From Squalus acanthias (Eukaryota): a stretch of DNA of 64,000 nt. The translations under genes and the position numbers were made by a program. Where the stretch lies: positions 4,588,001 through 4,652,000 of the forward strand of contig CM059430.1 in assembly GCA_030390025.1 (NCBI GenBank), written 5' to 3'. Shown here in pieces: positions 38,463 through 52,060 of this stretch (the first letter of the stretch is position 1; the number at the start of each line of letters is the position of its first letter). The notes beneath the pieces are model-generated. The model was not told the DNA's origin and did no database searches. It worked only from the letters and a program-made list of their open reading frames with translations.

Positions 38463-39095
38463 GGGATGAAATTCAACTCGTGCAAAATGGATGGCAAGAT
38501 GCAAAGGCATTTAAATTTGGCCTCTGGCCTCAACTGCATGAAACCGGCGAGCAGCGAATCGGGCATCCTGATGCAGCTCACCGGTCAGGGCCTGAGGAAC
38601 ATCGGTCAGCTACAATGCCGAGCTGGCCCGCAGGTAGGTCATGGCGAAGCAGAGGAGGTCGAGTCCGGGCCGGCAGCGTGTGCAGAATTTTTGTGAAGCC
38701 AGGAAGAACATTCCTGGCTCCTCCTGGCTCCACAGAAATGAACGTATTAAAAATATATTTTTCTGGGTGGCTTCCAGCTGTCCCTTTAAGGACCACTGGT
38801 AAGACTGCTGAAGACCCGGAACAACTGGGTGGCGCATGCGTGGTGTGTTAACTCAGCCCATTTGATGACCAATTTCTATCGGGGTCCGACAAGCGGCGGT
38901 AGGACCCCAATTGCATGGGCAGGGTGCCTCATGCTTGTGCCCTGTACACCGAGAAGTCGCCGGCTTCCAATTTGACAGCCAGTGCACTTCCGGGGGTGAT
39001 CGGACACGGGAGATTGCGACCTGAAATTTGTCCGCCCTCAATGGTGAATTAACTCCCCCAAAAAACCGGGTGCGACGATATTCAATTCCTCACCC
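38463..39095. mobile_element. GC-rich TIR element, probably nested in an older MITE spanning about 38264-39320
   Basis: Left end GGGATGAAATTCAA and right end TTCAATTCCTCACCC, with homology to 20610-21120. Confidence 0.5.
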
Positions 39096-40536
39096 AATTT
39101 GTGCAAAGGGAAATGGTTGTGCACAGTGCTTGAAATTGTGGCTTTCAGAGTTTGCAGCAGTTCCCAAGTGTTTGTCGAATGCTCAATGACGCGCACACGA
39201 AATGTGAGTAAAGTGAGGAATACAGACCAGCGCACCTTTTCCTTTCGACTCATGGAAACTGCCCTGAATACCCTCCAACATGATCATGTTACAAATTGAT
39301 TTGGCCACAGATATGCGGCCAATTTAGTTTCGAAGATGCAATTCAATTTCTAAATTTAAAGTTGTACATTTTATTGGCCTTTGTACCTCCTGTCCCAGCA
39401 TAACATGATCTTCCCGTCATTTCAGTTGAATTGTTAATTTAAAATGAGTCACACATCTAATTGGAATCGCTGACCGATAATAACTAGTACTGAACAAACA
39501 CAGGTCTTAATAAAAGTAAACACATTTGCACCACTTTATTTGACCCCTATCTACACCTGGTATTAAAGAAAGAAAAATAAAATATAATAAATGCCATATG
39601 CACAACAGTAATAAGGGTCCTCTGTGGTTTTTGAAAATGCACTCACTGTTCCGTGGTTTCGCATTTCATTCACAAAACTGCCCCTGACAAAAAGTTTCAA
39701 AATCTTCAGAAGACCATTGTGAAGCCTATTATTACGACAGACAGTTATTGCGTGTACTTGTCAGGTGCAGACTTTGTGAGTGAAGAACACGTCAAGATCA
39801 AGGTTTGCTTTTGCTTCTTTCCTAGGATTTTCATTATTCTTTCCATTTTATCAAAAGCTTCAAGATTTATGTGATCACTGATTAATACTGGCCAGATTTT
39901 CAGTGCGATCCTTCGAAAGGAAAGTTCAAAGAGACGAGGAACGACAGACTTTCCTTTCCTTTGATTGTTGCACAAGTGTTGTCGAAAAATAACAGAGGCA
40001 CTTTTCAAATTTTAATTTTCAGCTCAATATTAGAAGTTAAAAAGCAAAGCAGCTGAGTTTTCCAATATTTATGATTGCTTGTAAATAGTTTTAGATTATT
40101 TTAATTATTATTAGCAGTATTTATACGAGCAATTGTTGAACAAAATATAAGTATATTCTAAAAATAAATGACTATTTTGCAATTGGATGAAGTTTGTTAT
40201 TGGCATTAGCAAACATTGACAATCCTGATGCATCCTGATATTTAATATTCACATTAAGTGCAGTGTTCCTTCAGAAACCCCGGGGCAAAATTCATTTAAG
40301 CCGGTTTTCAATCGAGAACTGCGCGGAGCAGTTGAAACGTGCAATTTTAATTCCCGTGCCTCATTTGGTTAAAGCAGGCGAACTTCCAGCGCTACTCATG
40401 CTGCTGATTGGCAGCTCGCATGATGGGAGGCGGGGGAGGGAAAGGGGGGGCAAAAATCGGGCCTTTCTGACACAAAGGCAGCCGACAATGTGCTCATAGG
40501 TTGCAGGCAACTGGAATTCTCTTTACAACAGTTAAT

Positions 40537-41004
40537 ATGGCAGCAAGAGCTGGTGCTGCCAAGGCCCTCAGATTCTTTGATGCTGCATTGGAGGTCCTGG
40601 TACAGGGGCTCAATAGGAGGAGGGAGTTACTCTTCCTGCCAGGGGGCTGGGGGGCTGCAATGTAGAAAGAGGTTTAATGACCTGACTAGGGTTGCTAAGG
40701 TGAGATCCCTAACTCTTATCTCGGCTTCTCTCTGCTGAGCCCTGTACCTCCCGTATCCCCAGTACTCAAGGCTTTTCTCCCCTTAACTCTCAATCACTGC
40801 AGCACACTCCACTCCACCACCTTCCACGGCTACTGCCACACCTGCTGCTGACTTCACAATTACTTCCCTCACTTCCCCACACCTATACTACCTTTCAAGC
40901 AACATCTAACACTACTCCACCATGACATGCACATCCTCAAGACATCTCACTAGGCTACCAATAACACATTCCCTTCTCTCTCGCAGGAGAAGCTGGCACC
41001 CAAT
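40537..41004 (+). pseudogene. Harbinger Myb/SANT-like DNA-binding protein relic, 2 exons (40537-40699; 40987-~41004)
   Basis: MAARAGAAKALRFFDAALEVLVQGLNRRRELLF, then a frameshift/deletion, then QCRKRFNDLTRVAK|GTGAG...TCGCAG|EKLAPN. These are Myb_DNA-bind_5/NAIF1-like motifs with a phase-0 GT-AG intron. Confidence 0.8.
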
Positions 41005-41029
41005 ATTCACCAGCAGATGCTCTATAACG

Positions 41030-41385
41030 TCTATGATGTGGGAAGCCTGCTATCTTGGTGAAGACTGCAGAGCTTTTGGCTTGCTTCATTGCCTCCACGG
41101 GGAAGGAGATAAAAAAAAAGTTCCTCTTGGAGTACAGCCCTTCCGTCACATCCCTGATACAGCAGTGGACAGCAAACTGGGTGATGTCGCTCATGTCACC
41201 TCTTGCAGGCTGGGTTGACCCTGTGGCATAGAAATTAAAGGTCACTGTCACCTTGACAGTCACAGGCAGTGCTGTCCATGCCCTGGTGTGGAGTTTAAGT
41301 TCATGCTGCGTAGGTGACACAGCTCAGTGACAAATTCCATGATGAAGCGAAGTGCCAACAATTCATCACTCATCAATTGTTGGCA
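41030..41385 (-). pseudogene. HARBI1-like Harbinger transposase N-terminal relic
   Basis: MSDELLALRFIMEFVTELCHL, a frameshift, then ALPVTVKVTVTFNFYATGSTQ...GDMSDITQFAVHCCIRDVTEGLY...FISFP...FTKIAGFP. This is the HARBI1 HTH region up to the GFP motif that precedes the first catalytic Asp. Confidence 0.88.
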
Positions 41386-44300
41386 CCATGGTGAGCATAT
41401 TGCTCCTGCAGCACATTGTGCCACAGTAGGGCACGAGTGTGCATGACATGAGTGTACTCCCACCGTGAGTTCCTCATTTCAGCTAAGCTGATATGTAGAG
41501 CTACAACGCAGAGGCAGGCATTTCTCACAGAGCAATTAGAAAGTTAAGGTTCCAGTCATTTCAAGTTACTCTCGCATCCCTCCTTACATCCAAATCGGAA
41601 ACAGCATAGGGCCAAGTCTGGGAGCAGGTTGCCTGCTCATACTTTTGGCTTCAGATTAGTGCACTATGTAAGGAGATCTGCAGTTGAAGAAAAAAAAAAG
41701 ACAAATATTTAAAAAAAAGAGTGGAAAGTTCAAAATGACTCATTGTTATTAAAAAACGACAGTTTTGTCAATGCATTCTGAAAATTGTGCTTGAACATTT
41801 TGGTTTCAGTGCAATATTCCTCTTGCATTGGGCAGACTATCTTCCGACATGCAGTGCCCCCGGCACATGTGCAATTGAGAACAATTCGAGTTTTAGAATT
41901 TATAGAATTTGTAGTAAAGGGCAGTTACATTGTGATCAGTGAAGCAAAAGGTGGCAAAAAAAAAAATCATTTTCAGACTAGAAATCATCTGTAAACAAAC
42001 CAGTAACTCTTGAAAAGATGAGTTTGCTTTTCAGGATTGGGACAGGCATAAATGTTAAGATTTGGCACTTCAGCTGAAAGGCATAGTACTAGGCTAGGTA
42101 CTGGTACATTGGAGGTGTTTTTAGATACACAAGGTGCATTTGTCAGAAAGTACAAGTTACACGGGTGTGGGAACACAAGTTCATATACAAGGTGATATTG
42201 CTGGTTATGGCTTGTGTGAGCATGTTTGTGAGTGTGTTGGGGAGGGGAATTCTTATCTGTTTATCAACTGACATTGGGCCTATCATAAGTCAGTACAGTC
42301 CAGTTTGCCTCAGTCAGCTGTTCTAATGAACAAAAAAGCCCCTCTCTGAAGTTAAAATATTTGGATATTTTAATTTTCAATAAAGAATTCTTAATTGTCA
42401 TCAATTACTGATTCCATGATAAAACAATCAATGTAAACCTATGACACAGTGAAAGAATTACTGCCACACATGGAATGCAAATGAAAAACGAAATCTATTT
42501 TAGCACCTAATTGATGTGTGAAACTTCTTACATCTAGAAGAACTTGTTGAAATAGCCTGAGCAGTGGCACCTCCATTATCCTATTATCCACTTTCCCAAT
42601 TATTCACCAACATTTTCACAAAACAAAGCCTTGTTTGAGGTATCACCTCACTGGGTTGTATATTTTGTTATTTGTATTTCATTGCCTTTTCTTGGTGAAT
42701 ATCAGCGCCACGGTCTCGCTGTACAATAAAAACAAGATCAAAATCTAGGGACCTTGATTATCCGTCCATTCCTATGGTACACCTCGGGTCTCTTCCATGA
42801 TGGTAGATAATTGAGTCCTGCTGGAGAGAGGTGGCAGAGAGTGAGAGTGAAAGAGCGAAAAAGAGGGAAAAGAAAAAAAAGAGAAAAAGCATACATAATC
42901 TTTCACCTCCTGGACATAATTTTGAATAGAGCAGACTACCCAGTATAAGAAGTTGGGCAGTCGAAGGTACTTTTCTGTCACTGTGCTCATGCAAGGTTTT
43001 GGCTAAGAGCAAAGGAAAATCTACCTTATATCTAACCTGTGCTATACCTGATCTAGCAGTGTCTTCTTGCTCACACTGGGTAAAAAATTGAAATATGTTT
43101 TATTCTCCAGCACTTACATCCTTTACCTTGATAAACACAGAGAAGGAAGAAGCGTGAATAATTAAACTAAAGTAGTAAATACAATTCATATCATGAAGCT
43201 GCAAATCCTTTGATGCAATTTCCTTTTCTGGAAGGAGGAGGTGAATTGTAATATATTTTTATAATGCCTATCAAAATAGTTATACATTTTTCCATGTTTT
43301 TAACCTTGGTGCAGGATGTTAACTGTGGAATAATGAAATATCGACAATAGCTTTCCGATACACGGCTGGTTTTTTTGAGAAAGCTATCACATAGAAAAGT
43401 CCTGATGATCACATTTTAAATCGCATAGCTTCTACAATAATTCATTCATAGTTTATTTGGTTGTAATGTGATATGGTGATTTTATGATGACAACACCTGG
43501 CTCCATTAGTTTAAAGGATTTGGTGCAAATACAAAATAAAGCAGTTAACCCTTGAAGCACCCGTAACTTCATTTACTATAGTGTGACATAAATTAAGGTC
43601 GGGAACAAAATATAGGCACTGCGTAAAAAAACCTGAAGTGAACGTTTATCCTCCTAACCATGTGTCGTTGCTAAGTGTACGCACTCAAAATGGTACAAGC
43701 ATTACATTGTGTTCTTTTAAATATATTTGTCCCAGAAATTAATCACTATACAAATTTGTTACGCTGGAAATTGTTGCAAGCTATTTTCGTTTTAAAATAA
43801 ATAATGAAAGTTCTAATACAAAGTATTAGTTCAATAATGTAATCATTCAAATGATTTATCGTACAAGGACTAAACAGAACCCAATACAGAATGGGAAGAA
43901 TACAACATAGAAATACATTGAAGAAAAGAAGAAAACTATATTTAGTGTTTTTTTAGAAACAGGGAATTGCAAGAAACATCCTTAAAACCTGGCTGCAATG
44001 CTTTGAATTGCCATATACACAGAAATTAAATCATATCCGGTTAAAATCTCAATGAAGACCATCAGTTTTTAGCAGAGAATGATAAGTGTCTCTGTTTTTC
44101 AAATATTCCAGGCAATTCTGGTGTTAATAGCTAAAAATGGTTTAATAAATTTCTTAAGAGCTAATTATTTAGGTGAGGACTAATCATGCACAAATGAACA
44201 ATGAAAAAAGGGATTTAGAAAATTCTGCTTGTAACATCTAAATATACTAAATATTACAATCTTTTCACTTCATGTTTGCTGGTGGAGAAGTATCTAATTA

Positions 44301-47300
44301 TTAACAGTATTAATGAAAATCAGCAATTTTTTTCTTAGTTATTAGCTCCTACATCTTTAGTTTAAATATTTTAGTTTTAATAGTAAAATAAAAGATTGAA
44401 TGTTTAAATTTTAGACAAAATTAGGACACACACATTGTTTTGTTTATGTATTATAATTATCTGGCTAAACCTCCATTATTCTCCTTTATAGAATCCAATG
44501 TTTTTACCAATTTCACAATTTTAAACATTTACAACAGTTTCTGGTTAACTTTATTCATAAAATCCAGAAGGAAGTGATTCCTGATATTGCACATTACAGA
44601 GCAACTTTGTCTGGGCATAAATCTCAATTTAATTCAGTTGATTTCAGCTTCAATATGTATAACCATTTATAGGTTTTGGCTTTTAAATGTAATAAAGTAC
44701 CAGCCACCTGCCACCAAGTGAGAATCAGATGAAAAAAACATTAAGTCGAAAAATATGGAAAATGATAACTCATTCCTCACATGTACAAAGAACTGAGGGA
44801 ACAAAATGGATTCTCCTGGTGTTCCCGCCAAAACCATCCCCCGTCAGTCTTTTGATCAAAGCAGAAAATTTAGCACCATCTTCTGAGTAAGGTCTGATCC
44901 AATTTAACAGCAGGTCACAGTTAGAGGCCTCGAGCCACTAATGTAACCCAGATTTAGCTGTGCATTTGGTTCATGAGCTTTTTAAAAAATCTGCAATGTG
45001 CCAGGTTAAAGCACTTCTCAACTGGACTAATCTTCTATTTTATTTAAATCAATGAAAAGGTTACGCTTTAAAAACAGAAACATTAATTACTTCCAAATTC
45101 TGTTTTCTTATTTAAAGAAAAGGTCAGAAAGCATTTTGTTGCTAAAATATTAATCACAATTTGCTTTAATAATCTGCAGACATAACTTTTAGAATTTAAA
45201 TAGTTTGCTTTAAGAAATAATGTAATTTGCTAAACGATTTCTTTCTCCATCTGTATTTCTTAATAAAGTCTCCAAGGCATAACATTATTTCTATAATTAG
45301 AAAAGCATTTTGTAAAATCGACAAAAAATAGCATGAGTATATTTAATATCAAATAAAGGAGAAAGTATCAATTAAATTATGCTACAATCAACCAGGGTTT
45401 AACAAGTCTACAGAATTAATTTTAGTAGACATATAATTTAGAACAATTTACATAAATGAAATGCAACATAAATTTATTCTTAAATCAAAACGTAAAACAA
45501 TCTATGACTCACAAGCTGTATATATTCAGATTTTTTGAAATAGTATAAATCCCTCAAGAAAACTAAACGAATCCTTAAGTTCCTAAAATCATATTGCACT
45601 AACATAAAGGTTGATGTCAAAGATTAGAATTGTATTTACAACTACTTCTTGGCAGGCATTTTAATGGCAGATTTTGAAACTGAAGAGGCATTAAATAATG
45701 ATACAGTAAGAGCACCAAAAGAAATCCTATGGTTTCACACATAATTTGAAACATATGAATGTATGTCTGCATTCATTAAAAAAACTTCAATTTTTTGATC
45801 AATATGCTTTATTTTAATTACACTAGTAAATTCATCTTTAGTGTGCTTCACAACAGTCCTCATTTAAAAGGGAGGAGAATTAATGTCAGCAGTTAAGGCA
45901 CTTGAAACTTTTTAAGTTTTCCCTTGTGATTTTAAACAAAGACTGTTTCTGTACTAGACACTCACAAAACTGGAAAAAAAATGAGAAAGATTTGAAACAG
46001 AAGTTCAGGCATTCCGATCATGCAACACATGTTATTTTGTCCAAGTCAAGGCAATTGATGAACGTCAAAATACTGTCTCAATAAACCAATGTTTTAAAGG
46101 ACAAAGTTAAATAATTAATAATGCATCATGTTTCAAAAGAAATGTATTCATAGACAAAAATGTCCTAACAAAAGATATCCAAAACACAACTAAACTATAG
46201 TCTATTCCATAGCTTTGGCACTACACTTGAAAATCAATTGATGTCTGAAATGCCTTTCTTTCAGGTGACTTTAAACAGCCAGTCTCAAGGGTTTAAACCA
46301 GGAATGATATTCTCTATCACTAAATGTGATTTATAAAAACGTTTTTGTGCTTACAAATTTCTCTTAATTGTTTTCTTTTTTGTTAGTATTTTTGTGTAAA
46401 ATTTCAGCAAAATTTATCATATAATTTTATAAAACTTATCTCCCTAATTCTATATTTGATAGCTTGGTTTGTGACAGTCTATTCCTCAAAGCGGACTTAA
46501 TACTAAACTTTGACAATAGTCAATGATGCAGGGGAAATGCTCAGAGTATCTGAAAACAAAAGGTGGGGTGTTCCCATTCAGCCCACAATACTTCAAGTTC
46601 TCTTCCCCGTAACGCAAGTGCTATGGCCAATGCCGCTTACCGTGGCCCAGGCATTCCAGAAACAATGAGCTCAAACATTTTTAGGTAACAAGTTAAGTAC
46701 CTGTAATTTGTATACATTTGATCTGTTGCCTTTTTTCTGTTTGACAGAGCACACAAAAGGAGTCAGCGCTGGCAGCTTAGGAGATACGCACTCCAACATG
46801 CCGTGCAATTAATAGGTTTAGGTCAAAGTTCATACATTTTGGGAAAAAAATGAAAGAATTAAAAGCACCCCCCGACTACACGTACCATAGTACTGATTCC
46901 ATCTCCATAGGAAAATGCTGCACAAATTAAAAACTGAAACAAAATGTTTTAAAAGATTGTTCCTCCCCCCGAACCATTTTTTTCTCTTTTCTGAGGGATG
47001 GAGATTCTAAACATTTTAAAGTAGCAATTTGTGATTTAAAGTAGTTTTGATGTTTTCTTCTCAAGTCCCTCAGGAAGAACTGAGCACAACATGTCACAAA
47101 CCTTCACTTTCGAACAATAAATAAATAAACTCACTAAAACATACCAGTGGCCAGACAACTGTAGCATAAGTAATTTAAAAGGGTAAGAGATGCCAGATAA
47201 ATTTGATTACAATAAAAGATGGGGATATATTTTTCCCCTCAGAGAATTGACAGAAATGGACACAAAACAAAAAGCAAGGCAGAGCGAATGATTTCATTTT

Positions 47301-50300
47301 GTCTTCAATTCCAGACAAAATTCACAAGTAATTTTGGCTGAGCATTTTATCACAATTTGACACCTTTTCCACATGTCCCAATCATTAATTTCAGAAAGAA
47401 GCCTGGCCTGAGATGATAATTTTTTTTTTTGTACCAGCAGAAAATTTGTGAATCCATTCCAAAGTCGAGCCTACCGCTGCGAGTGTGATTTACTAAAAGC
47501 AGCTAACGGCATACTCTGAAACCCAGCAGGACCACTTGCAAGCAGTCCCTGATTAGCAGCTTAACAGAGCCAGGAGCTTGGGAAAATTCATTCCTCTTTC
47601 ACCTGCTGCCTAGATTCTGCTCCCTGACTAGATACAGTGGTCAGCAAAGTCTGGCATTGACCAAGAAACGGGTAAAAAAAAAAGATATTGCTCACAATAT
47701 TTTCAAAGGTTTACCTTGACATAAGATTTAACGCTATGTGGGCCACCGCTGCATTTCTGAACCAAATAAAAAAGTACAGCTCATGTTCTGGTCAGGACTA
47801 TAGTGGTTTTATTCCCCATTTAAGATAAAATATTAAACGTTGTGAAATAAAAAAATGCCTTCATTCTGTGCAATTGAAAGCTACATGAATACAATTTTTT
47901 CCCCCCATTATTTTAGTTTTGTATACTATTCCTATACTCACATTAGAATGCTTTCTCTAATGATGCTTTATATTTCTGGCCAAAGAAAGTCAAAAAAAAA
48001 AAGAAAATGAAAGAGAAAGCAAACATTTTAAATCCTTCAATGGTCAATAATTCTAAATGCCATTTGAAACCTTTCTATTTGTTAGGAAAACACCACACAG
48101 GGAATGGTCTGGTTTACTGTTTACTCATATCACTTCGCTTTTTATGACGGATATTTGCACCTTTTTGCCCCCCCCCCCCAAAAAAAAGTTAAGTTGTAAG
48201 CTGTAGATGAACGATTAAAAGTACTTAATTCGCAAAACATTCAAGGCTACCAATATACATTATTCTCATCTGCTTTTAAACATTCCAATGAAGCATCTTT
48301 TTTAGATGAAATATTTATATTGAGTCATGTTTTATTCTGTGACCTGCCACACAAAATATGCAGTTTGTATATTGCAACCCAGCCCCATGCTTCTTGATTG
48401 TTCTCATATAGCAATGGAGCTTTATCAAATAAAAACAATAAACAAGAATATTTGAATCTCTCATATATATTACGATAATAAAATAACTTAGCAGAGATTT
48501 ATTACACATTTACAAGGAGAGAGAAAAATGATCAAACTTTATGATAAAATTACTCTGTGACTAGTATTCTATCACTGGTTCTCAGCTGTTGTCCCTTTTC
48601 GAGATGCTGAATGATAAGAATACAGTCACCTTGCTGGATCTGCTGTTTATTAGCAGATTAATGGAAACATCTGTCTATGAGAACATCTGTCTAATGGCAA
48701 CCAATCATTTTCCTATACATTGTATAGCATTTGCTCAATTGGGTAAAAAGGAAACATTTTGCTTGCCACAGGGTGTTCTCTATGAAAAGGCTTCGAGTGC
48801 ACTAACTTTATGAAATGGAGACCAGTTCAACCACTTTGCTGTGGAGGTTAGACGCTCATTCAATTTGTTATATGTTTCCTTTTTTTGGCCACAATCTTTA
48901 TCAGCACACCACATCCTCATTATAATGGCCTCTTGTTTTCCCCTGTTGTACCTCAGCATCACACTTTTTCATGTTGCATTTTATGTCTTTGTAAGTACAC
49001 AAGTACAGTACGTTATTTATGACACACTGCTCGGTTAGGTACTCTTCCAAATCAAAGAAGATTGTACTGAATTATTAACAAAAGAAAACACACAATGTAT
49101 TGCACACACCATGGCATCTCATGCTATGCTGATTCACTGCAAGTAACAGATTGATCGATTACATATTTTAATTCACAGATATATAAATAACGAATTAATT
49201 GCGATGGCACCTTGCCAGCTAGCGCTGGAATGTTTTGTACAATTTGACACAGAAGTTCAGAACCCTATTCCACAAAATAGAAGACGATGTTACAATAAAA
49301 GCAATATTGGAAAGTCATCTTAACTTTATTAGCTGGCATTAAGTATGGGCTGAAAAATATCTGAATGAGTTAAGGGTTAATCCAGTGCAATATTAAAGAC
49401 ACATTAAACTACAAAAATGTTACAGAATCTTGTTAACATATCAAAATATTTGATTAATCGTTTCATAATCAATAGAGGATTGATTGACTGAACTTTATTT
49501 AGCTGAACTTTATTTAACTTGATCACAAATAATTTTTCATCTTTCTAAAATAGAATGATTATTTTGTATTCATATTTAAAGCATTGTGTTGTTTTTTTTA
49601 GGTAAAGTAAATCTTGTTACTTTAAACTCACTAATTAAGAGTATGCAGATAACTCAATCTGAAGCATGACACATTTATCTGTATGAGTACAAGAAACTCA
49701 CTGATGAAAGGTACACTTCTGTTGAACGATTCCTGAAACAATACCTTTTCTCACTGTTATGCCTTTTATGTCCTCCCGCTGCTGGATATTGCACTGTCAA
49801 TCAGTACTTCTAGACAATGGGCAAATTTTGTACAATACTAGATCTGTTACAGTGGATACCAAATATGAAATGGCCAATACCTGGTAAATTTGGTACTGCC
49901 TGTTCATTATATTTCTTTGAAATGATGCATTGCAAATTACAGTTTTAATGTTGTTAAATGGTAGACAACGTGGCACTCTGTAGCATGCGACAAAGGAAAT
50001 TCAACACGCTAAGGTTAAAGCTAATGGGCCATCTTATCACTTCATTCACCATCTCTTTTTATTGAATTATTAAAGAATCAATCATATGAAAATTCCTGCT
50101 GCAGAATATCAAACTCTTAGCATCAGTGTCTTTGAAAGAACTTTATTTAAAACATATAATAATGATCTGACGTGTATTTTATTGTTAAAAAAAATCCACT
50201 TAAACACCAGTGTTACCTTCAATCCTGGCTACAGATTCCTCAAGGAAGCCACATGCATAAATAGGTAATGCCGTGCCATTCAGAGCATGTTTCACAGCAA

Positions 50301-51109
50301 AGTTACACAAGTCACTGAGAAGCTTACTCAATTTCTTGTATTTGCCATACTGTGAAACCATAACAGGATAGCAAGATTTCCATGCACATGTTCCTAAATT
50401 CTAATGAATAGCACAATATACAGAAAAGACTCATGCCTTTAGAGATGAAATTTTATATATCTTCTTGCACCCAGAAATTCTAGTGAAACTGTATGGCTTA
50501 CCAGAGTTTATTCATACATTGGGGAATCTCCACCATTTCTGAACTATAGGGCAATATAAAAATAGTGATGCAATGCAGTACCTACAGCTTCATGACTTTC
50601 TTTTATTTCTACCATAGCCCCGTGGCTTTATTAACTCCTCAATTCCATCGCTACAATCTCGCCAAAGCACCTGACTACAAAGGTTTGAGCACAGGTACAT
50701 GCTAAGCAGCAAGTAGACTGTTTTCTGATGACACATTTGAGTTATTACAAAGAAAATTCTTACAAAGGCTTTTCAGTTCTTCATTCTGCATTTTCTGCCG
50801 TGTTATGTTGCAGACAGTTATTATAATGTACATTTCATCATTATTGACTGAAAGGACTATGCATAAATGAGATGGGATACATATTTCCAAAACTGGGTGG
50901 TCTCCCATTCTTCAGCTGATATGCTGTTTTCTAATGACAGAAGTGTTATATCAGATAACACACAATGTGTTAGAACATAGCAAGTGGATGTCCTGGGGTG
51001 GTGTTCTTGGATTTCTATGGGTGGGGCATGCTACTGGTGAAAGATGGGGGTCAGATCTGTGAGAGAGAATGATGCAGGGTTTAGCGTGTTGTTATAGGTC
51101 GGAGTTTGG

Positions 51110-51641
51110 AAAGAATGAAAAAAAAAAGGATTGGCACCATTTGGATGCGAATGTGGGAAGAATGAATTAAATAAACAGATAGAGCAGAGGCAGCGAAGAA
51201 ATAAATAAAAGTAACTGAAAAGTAGGTAAGAATAGCTTGTGCTGGAAAGAATAAAATAAAATAAATACAACTGGGCAGACTGTAAAGATTTTTTTTTAAA
51301 GTAAGACCACCAGAGAGCACATAAATCAATCAATCAATCGATCAATCAATCGATCAATCAATCGATCAATCAATCGATCGATTGATATAAACAACCCCAG
51401 ATGGTAGGAGTGAAATAAAGAAACTGAACGGTTCCTAGCACAAAATGATTAAATTAAGAGGAGCACCAAACTAGACAAGGAATTAAATAAATACATGGAA
51501 ATAAATGGCTGAGTCTGCAAAGAATGAAATAAACAGGAAGCGGTGAGCCGAAAAGATTTAAATAAAGACGTAGGAACAGCTCAGCCCAGAAAGAATGAGA
51601 AAAATATCACCGGCAGAGGTTTGAAGAATACAATACATAAA
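51110..51641 (+). repeat. Degenerate array of A-rich cores (consensus ~AAGAATGAAATAAA) with variable GC-richer spacers
   Basis: About 13 cores, e.g. at 51110, 51157, 51195, 51246, 51519, 51551, 51590 and 51623, with spacers of roughly 11-30 nt. Confidence 0.55.
51325..51386. repeat. Compound (TCAA)/(TCGA) microsatellite with 12-mer unit TCAATCAATCGA
   Basis: Direct reading. Confidence 0.9.
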
Positions 51642-52060
51642 TGTCGCAGGTGCCAGCACTGAGGTGGTGCATGTTCAGAGGCCTGAGAAATATGCTTATC
51701 CGAGGCACAGGATTCACGCTCCAGGAAGAAAGCAAAAGGCGAGCACCAGGTTCCTGAGAAAAGGGAAGCTTTCCACAGCTGAAAATTGTTTTAGGTATTA
51801 GAGGAGATAGATAAATAAGTTTAGGAGCAAGTTTCTGTGATTTTTTTACCTAGAATTTAAAAACATTTTTTAATATATATTATGTTTAATTCTTCGAGGT
51901 ATAGATTGTCTTGGGTGGTGAACCAGCAAGGCTACTCGAAGGACTTGTAAAGTTAATTTGAGGGATTTAGTTGAATCTTTTATTGTAGGTGAGAATTTTT
52001 TGAGATAGTGGCGTCATGGTTTGTCTTTTTTTGATGAGCCGCTGTAAAAACTGAATCTGT

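Larger units (their letters stand above)
40282..41460. mobile_element. Internally deleted autonomous-type PIF/Harbinger transposon
   Basis: Left TIR-like GGGGCAAAATTC at 40282, with a Myb/SANT gene relic (+) and a HARBI1-like transposase relic (-) facing each other. No right TIR found. Confidence 0.85.

Noticed and set aside
51110-51641. CRISPR array
   Set aside because: Vertebrate context, cores are degenerate A-rich tracts of variable length, spacers are irregular, and there are no cas genes. Kept only as an unexplained array
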